Source of the DNA: Antedon mediterranea
Taxonomy: Eukaryota > Animalia > Echinodermata
NCBI RefSeq assembly: GCF_964355755.1
Contig: NC_092672.1
Coordinates: forward strand, 4,960,001 to 5,024,000
Reading direction: 5' to 3'
Length of the DNA stretch: 64,000 bases
The translations under genes were made by a program, and so were the position numbers. Positions 25,873 through 38,609 of the stretch are shown one piece after another. Positions within the stretch are counted from its first letter, which is position 1. Each line of letters starts with the position of its first letter. The notes beneath the pieces are model-generated. The model searched no databases and was not told where the DNA came from. It saw nothing but the letters and a program-made list of their open reading frames with translations.

Positions 25873-28254
25873 ATATGAATGAAGTAGGCAACAAGACTCG
25901 GCCTAACAGTTATGCAGCTATTAAATTAAATTTCCTTTCTAAATTGAAAACAGCTGGCAAATCAAACATTCACTAAGAGACTTTATATATCAATTTTGTT
26001 ATTATCATAATTTTTTTCTTGTATGTAAGTAAAAGTAATTAAAGAGTGAAATACATTTTATAAGAAAAGGCAGTTTGAACTCACAAAAAAATGTGACAAA
26101 TTTAGGCAGGAATAGATTTTGATTTTATTAAAGAACAAAATGAAATAAATATTTCAGTCTTTAGATCGGGTGGCACAAACATTTAAAACAGCAATAATAT
26201 TTTTTATAAAAATATGTTTATAAAATAAAGCAAATAGACATGTCTATTTGATTTAAAAGGGATTTTGATACAAAGTATATTAAATTGTTAAACCTAGATT
26301 TAGCAATGCAAAGACAATTGCCACAAAAATGTTTTTAATAACCTAATTTGTTTTGACAGACAGGAGGAGTTTAGGCCTACAAGAATTCAAATGTCTTTGA
26401 ATGTGAATACTTATTTGTTTGCATAATTGCCGTTCTAATTCTACTATTATTAAACAACAATATTGTTTTTGGTTTCCATGGTATCTGAATATTAACTACT
26501 ATTTTTAGATTCCGTATTCTGCACTTTATTCAAATTTAGATGTTGAGAAATTCATCACTCAATAGTTTACATTTGTGTTTGTGTGTTTAAATTTACAATA
26601 CAATGTTGATTCTATAGATAAGAGTATTTAGCATGTAACCTTGCATAATTATTAAAATGTAATATAAATATTAAATGTTGTAATGAAAAGTTTGATAATT
26701 TATCTTTTATCAGGGCTATATAAGGTTTCTAGTCTCAGGTCTTGAACTTAAGTTTGGCTTAACTGACAAATGATAATCAATCTATCCAGTAAATATTGAT
26801 TTAGCTAGAAATTAGGTTTTACTAAAGCTTTGTTCACACTAGGACATAATGAAAGGATGTACAGACAACCCAAGCTGACCAATGATGTCAAGTGATCTAG
26901 TACATTTAAACGCATCAGCTATCACTATCATTGGTGCTAAGCAAGTTTTCACGTCGTGACAGTAGACGAAAGATGATGCTAGACAAAAGGAAATATTAAT
27001 CTGCGCATGCGTATAAGTCCATTATACTCGGCTCTGTTCATTATTATCTTGACTGTATTTGGTCGATTTAACATTCGATAGTCGGAGCGAAATTTTACGT
27101 AATTTTTCAAAAATAAAAATTGGTTGATCAGTACAAAGAGAATGCATGTGGTAGTATTTTTACAGTTATTTGTTTTGAACTAAATTAAAACTTCATATTC
27201 TGGCTAAAAACACAGGAACTCAATCACGCCCACCACGTCCGTGTGTACACAATTTTTCTGATAATTACCGTCCCTTTTGTTTATTTTCCTGATGCAAAAG
27301 CTGCTCCCTATACGTGTAGTACACCTGTACTATCACTTTGTCTTGCTAGTTAGAAATAAGCAAAGCAAAGCTTTTTACAGCCTTTCTGTATACAGCGATA
27401 AATCCGTGAGTTTATAAAATAGAATGCAGAGAATTTTTATTACAAAATATTCTTTTAAACATAGATACTTCTTGTACGTTAATTTTGGTAGTTAAAATGT
27501 GTTTGATATAATTGTTATTGTTTGGTTTTTATCTTTCTTTCCTATTAACAATATTATCTCGTAAGCCATGTTACATTGGTAGTTATATGATGTATGACAA
27601 TGCATTTTAACCTGTACAATAAGAGTAATAGTAATCTTAAAAGATAGAATAATAAATAACCAATGGCTTTGAATCATATGCCTTGAGCTACAAAAACAAT
27701 TCCTATTTATAATTATTGTTTCTATTAAGACCCTAACTAGTTAGAAAATCGTGCTAGCTGGGAATGAATGTTTAATATTTGTGCCATGTAGTAGCTAGTC
27801 AATTTGGCTACTTTCAGCAACTGGCAGACGAGCCTGATCAATGCTTGGCTTTTTTATCGCTGTCTTGCTGCAGTAATAGTCCACACAGAATCTATCACGC
27901 TACTCACCATTCTCTCTGCCTGTTTAGCATAAAATATGTGCAAATCTGCATTACCTAATGAATATTCATTTTATTTGTACAGGTATTGTTACAGATTGAT
28001 AATTATGTAAATTATTTTGCGTTTATTAGCAATTGGAATGTGTAAAAGTTAAGAGGAAATTTCTAGTGCTCATCTTCCTTACTTTAATATTCATCAACAT
28101 GAATACATCATATTACATTATTAGTATACATTACATAATTTATATTTAATATTCATTAAGTTTTGTCTACTAACTACATGCATCATATTGTTACATATTA
28201 TATTAATAGTCTAAGTTAATTAATAATATGATTCATTTTGCAATAATCATAAAG

Positions 28255-28290
<36 letters not shown>

Positions 28291-28420
28291 TATTGCCAAA
28301 AACCAGTTACAAACAAACAAAACACAGAAACTAAGGGAGTAGGCAGGAACCTAAAAGTGAACCTAATCACTATAACAAGAGTTCAGGTTCCGTACTCCAA
28401 AAGTAACAACAAAAAAACGT
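28255..28420 (-). mobile_element. (ATT)n microsatellite with probable retroelement 3' end
   Basis: (ATT)n followed by ggagtaggcaggaacct..aggttccgtactcc hairpin. Confidence 0.4.
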
Positions 28421-28757
28421 TGAATAAATAAAGTTGAATATATCTGCCAAGTTAGCCATTACCCAATAAATTTATTACATTACATTACTGATATGTACAG
28501 TATTTCAATATTTTTGTTCATAGAATCGGAAAATTTGTTATGTAGAATTTAGTCACGTTATATTTGGCAAATATATTATATTGTCAATTATTACATAAAC
28601 TTGTTCTAAATAAACAGTTCAAAGTTATTATATGAAAGAGAGTATTGTATTACAAAAGAATTTTTATCATTGCATTCCGCACACATTCTGTTAAAGCTAT
28701 GTTTACATGATTTTTTTCTACTCTATTATGTGTGAACACACGTAAATTGGTTCACAG

Positions 28758-29136
28758 AGCCTCTTTCTACTGTATAGCCACGAATTAGCTGTTTATAGTA
28801 AATATATAATTTTTAGACCAATCGCATTTCTGCTAAATTTGTGTGCCCAAATAACCGTTTAATTTAGAGGTTGTTCGGTCGTTGACAAAAACGTTAACAT
28901 TACCTAAAATTAAATGCGATCAGACGGTTAAACTTTCAAGATACTGCAGCTGTCAATTAATTTTACCGTTATTTTGCGTTGCAGCTAAAAGTTGCACAGC
29001 GTTCTTCTAACCCCCAATCGTTTTCACACTGATTAAACCGGTTATACAAATTTGTCCCGTTTCTACTACAAAGAAATTGGGGGAAATTTATTTGTACATT
29101 ACTATTATTCAGTTATCTTGTGCAGCAGAAACTGCT
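28758..29136 (-). mobile_element. Harbinger-type family E, short diverged copy (inverted)
   Basis: Reverse complement aligns to both ends of 48497-50097 (gctgcaac..aaataacgg..gacag; ccgtctga; gcagcagaaac). Confidence 0.7.
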
Positions 29137-30483
29137 TTTAATAAAAAATATTGGTACATTTTTGGCAACTAGACTACTGTACATAACAATGAAAAAGTAT
29201 AGGCCTAAACGTACTGTATTTCTATTACCGGTATTTTCTTTTAGCTATAAATTGAGCATACTGTAGAATCTGTGAAATGGCTGGGCAGCCTTAAACGATC
29301 TCACCTGGTCTACGTTTCACATAAAATACATTGTAATTGAATCAGGAGCTCCCCTAGGGTATACAAACGATTTTGTCGGTTGGTTCCTCTCGAGGCTGCT
29401 TCGTTGAAATGAGTCATCCAAATCTGTGGGATAGTAACACCCTTTTAACTAGTGATATAGTAACTAGCTTTGCTGCACTTAAGGGTGTTGTCCATCAAGG
29501 ATGTACAAGGACGTACTATGAATTACATAATAATGTAAACAGTTTAATTTTTTATTAACATCCAAGGTTGATATATACAAATATTGATTTTAACATTTAA
29601 ATTAATTAGTACAGTTTGTATTTAATTTCATTTTAATGGTGTGTTTTCACAACTGTTCAGAAAAGCACCTTGCTAAATGGCAAATTGATACAGTTAATTT
29701 TGACTTGTTTAGTAACAAATTAGTAAAGATAGGTTTGCAGTATGACACCATGTGATTCACATTGTTTACTGTAAACCTCACTACTACTGTAAGCCATGCA
29801 AACATAAGAGCGCACATATTCAAGATTATTTAATATTCAACTGCTATTTTATCTGAGTTTTCTAAATTAAACTACGCCAAAAATTTATACAATCATTTGT
29901 TAGTTTAATATGACATGTGTGTCTAGTAACAAGGAATTGAGATTTTGTAACGTTTAAATTATAGTGTAATATTATAGGCGTGGCTAGCAGCTAAATGCAA
30001 GATTTCATTGTTAAGTACAATATTGTAGGCGTGGCTTGCAACTATCCCCAAGTGCCTTTAATAAGGGACTTCACACAGAACTGTTTTCATTACAACTGTA
30101 TGCTAAAATTTGTACAAAAGAAAACATTATTTTAAATTAATAAATGATTTCCATAAATTTTCTAATATTGATCAGTAGAAATGCGACAATTACCATAAAT
30201 AAAAAATATCAATTAATGAAATATTCAAAGATTTGTAATTTGAAAAAAAAAAAATGAGTATTGCTCTGCCTACACTATCAAACTTAATGTGCTATTAAAT
30301 TTATTACCAATGTCCTATCTTTTGCATTGTAATTCCTAAAATTTAACATGAGCTCGGGCTGTCTAATAAATCGCAGTGCGAATAAGACCTTAGAATATAA
30401 ATAGAATGATTATTAACTAAAAAATATCAATTAATGAAATATTCAAAGATTTGTAATTTGTAACCATAATTTGAGGTATGAGT

Positions 30484-30626
30484 AAAGCTCTTCCTACACT
30501 ATCAAACTTAATGTGTCAAAAAAATGTGATGTGCTTATATACCTGTATGGACATGATGATGTCATATCACTACCATATTTGGGCATATCACTTCCATATA
30601 TGAGTACATCACATTTTGTTTGTCAA
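30484..30626. mobile_element. MITE family A (right end eroded); its left end is duplicated at 30262-30291
   Basis: taaagctcttcctacactatcaaact..tgtgatgtgc..atcactaccatatttgggcatatcac. Confidence 0.8.
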
Positions 30627-31169
30627 ACAAAAAATATTTTTTTTGAGAAAAAAGCATTTAATTTTAGCATTATAACAAAATATGCATTTCAACTACCTGT
30701 ACATTAAACTAGTTGAATAATGTTATTCATAGAAACATGCACATAGTGTACATTAGTTCAAATGCAAAGTCCATTCCTGATTATCAACTATTGCAAAAAC
30801 CCGATTTCAAGTTCAAAATTGAATTCATCAATCTCCTTTACCGTGGAATTCATCAGTCTTCTTTACTCTGGATATTTGCACTGATGAATGCTGTTCATTT
30901 ATTATACACAAGAGAGGAAGAAATACACTGAAATAACAGAGTAAATTCACTTGAATAAAAATAACAGCGATATAGCTAAGAATAATTTAATGTAACTGAG
31001 TAGTTTATCAAATAAATTTGTGTAATATGAAAAGAATGTACTCACAAAAATCGGAACGACATAATTATTTATAAATTCACAGACACAGAAGTAATTCTAA
31101 ACCGCCCAGTGATGATAAACTGAAAGTTAATTAATTTATAAATGGTAAAGAAGAGGAATGTGAGAAAAT

Positions 31170-31245
31170 GCTGCCCCAACCTAGATATGAACACGGAACA
31201 TTCTGCTAGATATGTGGACGTCCTACCATTAGACCATTGGAGCTT
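31170..31245 (-). mobile_element. Degenerate tRNA-like SINE head
   Basis: Reverse complement: tggtctaatggtaggacgtcc..gtgtttcatatctaggttggggc (A/B-box-like). Confidence 0.4.
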
Positions 31246-32465
31246 TTATGGTTTTACTGATTCAAATTTAATTTTTAGCGACATAATACATTATACTGTA
31301 TATCCTCGGGTATAATCCCACTTCGGGTCTAATCCCAGCAGCTAACTATGAACATTTGTTTGAAAAATAAAAATGTTCTTTCGGAAATGAGCCTGCTATG
31401 TACATGATTGATCTATCTCCATATATTTTAAATTGGCATAAATCATTAATTCATGATTTCGTTTTTTCAGAAACAGACAAATTATGAAACAAACAGACGG
31501 AGGTAGGGGTACGGTGTGTAGGATAAAACATGCACAAAATCTACCCATTAATTTAAAAAAAAAATGTCATTTAACCCCTAAAAAATTGCATGGAAATTGA
31601 GAATTTGAATAAGAAATATAGTTTTAATAAGTACTGATTTTATGTTTGATTATTAACACTGTGAATAAATTTCCGCTCTCCTGATATACAGTAGAAGTTC
31701 ATAATTCTGGGCGTCTTTTTGAGAACAAATTTTAGCTGTATCTTTTATTTATTTACTAGTTAGCCTATGTTATAACTGTTAATGACTGTAAGTAATTTAC
31801 CTATTACATGCATCATTGCCTCAAAAGAATGTGCTAACCTCCAGGCCGGAATTGCTTAATTATATTTGTTTAGTTTCTTTCTTTTTTATTGTTTACTTAG
31901 CTTTGGAAAAAAAAGGAAAAATCATGCCATATGAAAATAAAAGATTGACTGCAAGAAATTGGCTTCTGGTTTTGTAAAGAGGAAATCCTTATTCGATTGA
32001 ATGCGTGCGATACTGTAGGTCAATAGGTCATTTAAGTTTTTAATTAGCTTATAATTTCAAGTTTAGTATGGGTATGATGCCCAATCTGGGCATGGTAACT
32101 GAAAATTAAACTGAAATTTAAGGAAAGTGACCAGACATAGTGACCGCTTACAGCTTGGTCCTTAGAAAAAATGTACAGTCAATTTTATATTTGAAAACAT
32201 AAAGAAGATTTTGATTAACAGGTACTGTATGAGTCTAATTAATAATTAACACTTAATTTACAGAATGTTTATTATCTTTTTCTTTGAACTGACCGCTGTT
32301 CATAATTATAGTTTGACCAAAAAGTCAGTAGCAGATCCAGGATTTTGAAATATGATGGACCATAGGCCTAATAAAAATTGTAAAATAATGTGCCTAAATA
32401 ACTTTATTAACAATGTCCTATATTTTGCATTGTAATTTCCAAAATTTAACATGAGCATGCGCCGT

Positions 32466-33092
32466 CTAATAAATCGCAGTGCGAATGAGACCTTAGAATA
32501 GAAATAGAACGATTATTGTTATTATTGTGTACCGGTACATGAATATAGCAACTACTGTACATGAAAAGCTGTTGATATAGTGATTGCTAATATTAATAAA
32601 TCCCAGTGTGAATGAGACCTTAGAATAGAAATAGAACGATTATTATCATTGTGTACTTGAATATAGCAACTACTGTTACGAAAGATGTTGATATAGTGAT
32701 TGCTAATATTAATAAATCCCAGTGTGAATGAGACCTTAGAATAGAAATAAAATGATTATTATCATTGTGTACTTGAATATAGCAACTACTGTTACGAAAG
32801 CTGTTGATATAGTGATTGCTAATATTAATAAATCCCGGTGTGAATGAGACCTTAAACTAGAAATGGAACGATTGTTATTATTACTGTGTACTTGAATATA
32901 GCAACTACTGCACATGAAATGCTGTTGATATAGTAATTGCTAATTTTAATAAATCCCAGTGTGAATGTGAGACCTTAAAATAGAAATAGAACGCATAAAA
33001 AGTTGATTAGTAGTATTATTATTATTATTGTGTACTTGAATATAGCAACTACTGTACATGAAAGCTGTTGATATACAGGGTAGTGATTGCTA
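32466..33092 (+). repeat. ~116-bp tandem repeat, 5 copies, including a TIR-like end
   Basis: aataaatc(c/g)cagtg(t/c)gaatgagaccttag recurs at 32468, 32595, 32711, 32827 and 32948. Confidence 0.9.
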
Positions 33093-33418
33093 TCATTGGC
33101 ACTTAATCCTCAAATCTATCTCACTCTCAAGTACCTATTGATACTTTTGGGTTCAAAGGTCAAGGAAAGAAACAGCAGTTGATCATATCAATAATATGTC
33201 ATTTTAATGACTAGGGTTTTTTTCTCAGACATTTTTGTCATAGATAAAATTTGATAGTGTACTTTCTATATCACCCTTTTTATATACAGTTTTGGCTTGG
33301 CCTAATTATTTTTACATTTGAATTCCCTGAACAAGCTAAACCACCCAAAGGTTGCATTCACACGTATGGCGCAAGACTGATACGTGTGAACAGGATCAAA
33401 GAGTTACAAAAGTAACTC

Positions 33419-33807
33419 TGGTCCTGTTTATGCTGCGAAAAAATAACCGGTAAAATCACCGTTTGAATAAAATAATCCCAATTTCTTGGCAGTAGGAACA
33501 GGTCAAATTTTCAATAACATAACAGCCTAAAAATAATTGTTAAAAAGAACGCCATTTAACAGGTTGGTTATCGGTTATGCAAGCAAGATAACGCTTATTT
33601 GATTGACAGTTTTTAGTGTCTTTTGACAACCGGATTGCATTGCATTTTGGGTAATATTAACGTTATTGTTAACGGCCAACTACAAATTAAATAGGTTTTT
33701 TTTAAGCAGTATTTGAGCAGAAATAATTTCGTCTTAAATTACATCTTTGAAATAAATGGTTTATTCGGCGCTATGCAGCAGAAACGTAATTCGCAGAAAC
33801 AGACCCT
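33419..33807 (+). mobile_element. Harbinger-type family E, short copy
   Basis: ggtcctgtttatgctgc..aaataaccggt ... gcagaaacagaccc; colinear with both ends of 48497-50097. Confidence 0.75.
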
Positions 33808-34402
33808 CTGATACTGATAGACTCAACTCTATCCAATACACAAACAGGTTGATTATCATTTTATTACAACCAGTGTTTTTAATTAATTTACAATCATTGA
33901 TAACTAATTAAATTGCCTGTAGAAACAGACCTGATGTATAAAGACAGAAACAGACTTATTATTCTACATATAGTAATTGCATTTATCTTGTGAGGTATTT
34001 TGATATCAGTATGTTTATCTCAAATGGCTATCATCAGTCTAATAAATCAAAGTAAGAGAGTATGGCACAATGTATGGATAAATATAAATAGCTGACACAA
34101 CAAGCCAGTGGTACATGTGAGGCCTCACCACAAATTGAGTAGCTTATTATTTTAAATCACATTATTTTTGTGATATTTTTTAATTTAATTAATTTGTATA
34201 ATTTACAGTACTACAGTGTACAATATCCAGAGTTTATATTTTAAGCAATATATAGAAATACAGTAATAAGATAATCTATTTTCAAAAATTCAGTCAAAAA
34301 GAAAATTGTTTTTAATTGATTGCAAGAAAGTAACTGATGTATTTTATGTATAATATTTCTTTCAAGTGCTGTATAAATTAATTTTTGGAAATGAATTGGA
34401 TC

Positions 34403-34546
34403 TAAAGCTCTGATATACTATCAAACTAGTTTGACAAAAAAAGTGTAATGTGCCCAAATATGGTAGTGATATGACATCATCATGTCCATATATAGGCACA
34501 TCACATTTTTTTTGTCAAACTAGTTTGAAAGTGTAGACAGGCCTTA
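34403..34546. mobile_element. MITE family A
   Basis: TAA|AGCTCTG ... GTGTAGACAGGCCT|TAA. Confidence 0.85.
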
Positions 34547-35129
34547 AAGGTATAAAGAACCTTGTCAAAATTATTCTAGTATGTGTTGGTACTGTAACAG
34601 TAAAAGTACATTGTTTATAAACATATGATGGTTTGTGTTAGTTTATGAGACAATTACTAAAATAAACTGTGTGATAAATTCACCAAAAAAGCTTGCTGAA
34701 TTGAATATGGTTACAGAATAAACACAATGTCATTACTGCAGTAAAATAATTATTACATGGTCCTTAATTTCGATTCGATATGATTATTTCTGGGAAAAAA
34801 TCAATTAATCAAAATTTATGACACATTAATTAAATTTGATTCTAAGAATTGTTATTTTAGATATTAATAATAATATTAGATTTTAAATTAACTTTTGCAG
34901 CTTCTATATTTATATTTGATTAATCAGATTTTTATGATTATACAAATGTTTTAATTATCATTATAGTCTAACAATATGTTATTGATTTTCTGAATGATTT
35001 TTTTAGGAAAGAATTTAACCCTTGAAACCTAAACAAATTAGTTTTGGTATAGTTTATTAATAATACATTATTTTAGTAGTTATTCTATGTATTTGTCATT
35101 GAATTTTGTTCGTAAAGCAACATTCGGTT

Positions 35130-35307
35130 ATTTGGTGTTTATGATTTGGTGTTTATGATTTGGTGTTTATGATTTGGTGTTTATGATTTGGTGTTTATGA
35201 TTTGGTGTTTATGATTTGGTGTTTATGATTTAGTGTTTATGATTTGGTGTTTATGATTTGGTGTTTATGATTTGGTGTTTATGATTTGGTGTTTATGATT
35301 TGGTGTT
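35130..35307 (+). repeat. 14-bp minisatellite, ~12.5 copies
   Basis: Unit atttggtgtttatg. Confidence 0.95.
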
Positions 35308-35689
35308 GTAATGCATGTTATACGTCAATGAATTAAAGTTATCAATCTTATATTAATACTAAAGCACAGTACAATGCAATAGTCAATGGACTTTGTTGTA
35401 ATACTTTATAGTGTTTTTATTAGATAATGTTAAGGTACAACTATAATAATATCTTTGACGTAAGTGCTCTAATAGATTTGATTAATAAGATTATTGTATT
35501 TTGATTATTATTCAATAAAGTGAGATTGGTTTGTAACTGCCAAAATATTATTTCATAATTACCATATTTAAATGCACTTTCTGTACAAAAATACTCCTTT
35601 AGATCCAATCAATTGTAACTGTTTAATGACAAAGTTAAAAGTACTGTCAGTGTGTGTGTATTTATTTTCAATTTATTTTTTAAATTGTA

Positions 35690-35777
35690 TAAACTTCTGT
35701 CTAAACTATTAAACTTTATGTGACGAAAATATCACACTTTTTTGTCAAACTAGTTTGGTAGTGTAGACAGAGCTTTA
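35690..35777. mobile_element. MITE family A, internally deleted
   Basis: Both TIRs present, no internal 21-bp units. Confidence 0.8.
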
Positions 35778-36507
35778 TATCTCCAGTTCCTACCATGAGG
35801 AAAAAGTGGACAGACAGACAGGCCTACAGTTCTTTGATTTTAGTTAGTAATGCATTTCCATTTTCCCGTCATTTTTCAAAAAAACAATTCTGGTTTTAGA
35901 TTAAAATATAATGCTGCCCTCTATAGTTTAACACTACTTTTTTTTTTCAACTAACAATACAACATTGGCAGAGCATTCTTCATTGTGTATTCCATTTTAT
36001 TTACATATTTAATTAAATTTTTTATCATTATTGATTAGATTAGATATTAATATTATTCACTAGTTCAATATCTATTTGACAGTATAATTTTACTATTAAA
36101 TAAATTAGTTCCAAGAAGTATGTTGTCTGCAAAACTTCATTAGTGTGGATGTGTGTGTGAACTCACCTGAATTACGTTTCTGTATTAATCATTACATGTA
36201 TCTAATGCAGTAAATAAATTATAATTTAAATATTGAGTATTATTTTCAAAGTATAGATTAAAATCAATGCTTTGTGATCTCTAATGAGCCAAACTATAGT
36301 AAACTTGGCTCCTGTTGTGCTGAAGATTATTAAGATCTAAATTACTGATGTATTTTGGTAAAAAATTGTAGATTTTCGCCCACCTATAACTCAACATAAT
36401 TTTCTCTTCATACCCCTGCATAGTACACTATCGATCCATATCATATTACATTCCTACCTCCTCCAAGTTAACTATTTAGGGAGTTGTAATGTACATGATA
36501 ATGTTAA

Positions 36508-37133
36508 AGACCCTTTCCCTGCAATTTTGGACGTTTTTTGGAAAATAATACATATATATCACTTTAAAAACATTAAACCATGTCATTCCTTGTCTTAAAT
36601 GTACGTTTTATGGTAAATTATGATAAAAAGTGAGAAACAATGCACTACCTAAGTAGCTCGCGGCGATCGACCTCTCGTGGACGGTCTTAGGCCTAGCCTA
36701 GCTAGGCTTAGTTTTGTAGGCCTAGCTGGTAAACATCGATAACGTACGAACATCGTACGCTAGCTATATACCTAGCCTGACGTTGTATAGTTGCTGCATT
36801 AATTGTCTTTCTATTTTTGCCAGACTCCGTTGATACAAATTGGGGAAAACCCGGTATTTTAGCTGAAAAGTTAGGAGTCTTCCATTTGTTTTGGGCTTCA
36901 CGATCGATCGAAAGTGGGCGAATTACAGGTGAAAAACAAAAATATCAATCCGCGCGCAATGCATTTTGGGATTTATAGCGGGCCGCTATAATTATTAGAA
37001 TCGATTTATTTTTCACATTTTTAACCGTTTAAAGACGAAAAAAGTTATCGCAATAGGACCAAATAGTATTATTTTTACATTAAATATAGTTTGTGATCTT
37101 AAATTAGATCTAAAAAACGTAGGGAATGGGGCT
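36508..37133 (+). mobile_element. Kolobok-type family B, copy 2 (626 bp)
   Basis: TTAA TSD; about 13 differences from copy 1 by eye. Confidence 0.9.
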
Positions 37134-38292
37134 TTAACAAATTTGAAGCGTTTCAACAGAATTGATGCATTTTTAACGGGTTTGACACATCACAACATAC
37201 ATCGTACAATTGGCATTTCAATGTTTACCAGATGTGCGTTGCGCATTCTAGTAACTAATCAAATGTAATTATGTATTATTACAGAAATAAACCTTCTAAA
37301 AAGCAGAATTCAGACAGGATAAACATGGGTTTATAAAATGTTTTTATCTATACTAAGTTTGTCGCCCCCTTCAGTTTTTCTAACATAACACCAATAAATA
37401 TGAGAAAATTATGTATTGCAATAAAACCTCCTTAATCCGAATCTTGATTTACAATATTAAAATCAAGTGTTAGCTATCACTGTGACACCTTGACAATCGT
37501 TTTATCAACAAAATTATCCTATGTTTCTATATTTTGAATGTAATAACATTTTTGAGCTATTAATTTTTCTGCAAAATATCAAATTTAATTGTATTGAATT
37601 TATTTATATCTAGTGATCATTGTGTTTACGCTGTAATCTCAAATTGCAATTCTATTGTGTCTCATCAGGATTTGATGATAAATTTGTTGATGTCATTGTG
37701 CAGTAAAATATAGGCTATGTTACATGTTGGAAAAAAAGCGCATAGTCGTTGCATGCATGACTTTCTCGCTAATGAGCAATATGTGTTAATGTGGTGCGTT
37801 GATTAACTTTGCAGTAAATTTGTTTTTGCAGGGAAAGGTTGAGGGCAGTTCATTTACTATCTGTACTAGTAGTACAGTACTACTACTTTAGATAAAAGTA
37901 AAAGAACAGATTATACCTTACATCTTTCAATGTTGATTTTGTGCCTAGCTTACCTGGATAAACACAAAATAACCTATTTTCCATAAGAGCGAGATACATT
38001 ATAATTGAAAACGTAGAATCTTTATTGAGCATCCTTCTCCAGAGATGATATAGTCCACAAACCACACCACTTTTTTAAACATTGAATTATTGTTGATGTT
38101 TTTATATTTGTACGAATGTGTTTAGGAATAATTTTTATTTTATCACAATGTTTTATGATGTACAGTAAGTTATATATTATGTCTATTTCGTGTCTAGCTT
38201 ATCTGGATAAAACAACAATAGCCTTTGCTTAAATTGCATTCATGTATTTCATATTGTAAGTCTATAATTTTTTTTACATTTATCTGTTTCAG

Positions 38293-38409
38293 ACTGGTCA
38301 AGTTGTAAAACCACGCAAACTTAGGCAAACTTTAGAAGATGGAACGAACATTGACAGAGAACGGGAGAGAGAACACAAAGGACGCAAGAAACAACCGACT
38401 CTTAAAAAG
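38293..38409 (+). CDS. AUTS2: Probable coding exon 2 of the AUTS2-like gene (39 aa)
   Basis: tttcag| TGQVVKPRKLRQTLEDGTNIDREREREHKGRKKQPTLKK |gtattt; phase 0/0, purine-rich, open frame. VVKP parallels human KDVALKPQ after ..EALE. Confidence 0.75.
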
Positions 38410-38609
38410 GTATTTGTGTTTGTTGTTGTGTCTGCTGCCATCTAGGTGTAAGACCAAGCTGAAGACACTTCTTTTACAACAATCTTTTTCATTAATATAA
38501 CAATTTTGTCATTTCATGTTTTGCTTCAATGTACAGTACATTAAGAGGCTGCATATGTGCTATATAAGAATGAACTTATTATTAAGTACACCACAATCTA
38601 GTCAACAAA

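Larger units (their letters stand above)
2865..38292 (+). other. Intron 1 of the AUTS2-like gene (~35.4 kb, phase 0)
   Basis: GTAAGG donor at 2865 and tttatctgtttcag acceptor ending at 38292; no convincing coding exon seen between them. Confidence 0.65.

Noticed and set aside
22060-28431. Hydrophobic ORFs at 22060-22266 and 28228-28431 as membrane peptides
   Set aside because: They derive from ATC/ATT low-complexity sequence and have no splice or coding signature.
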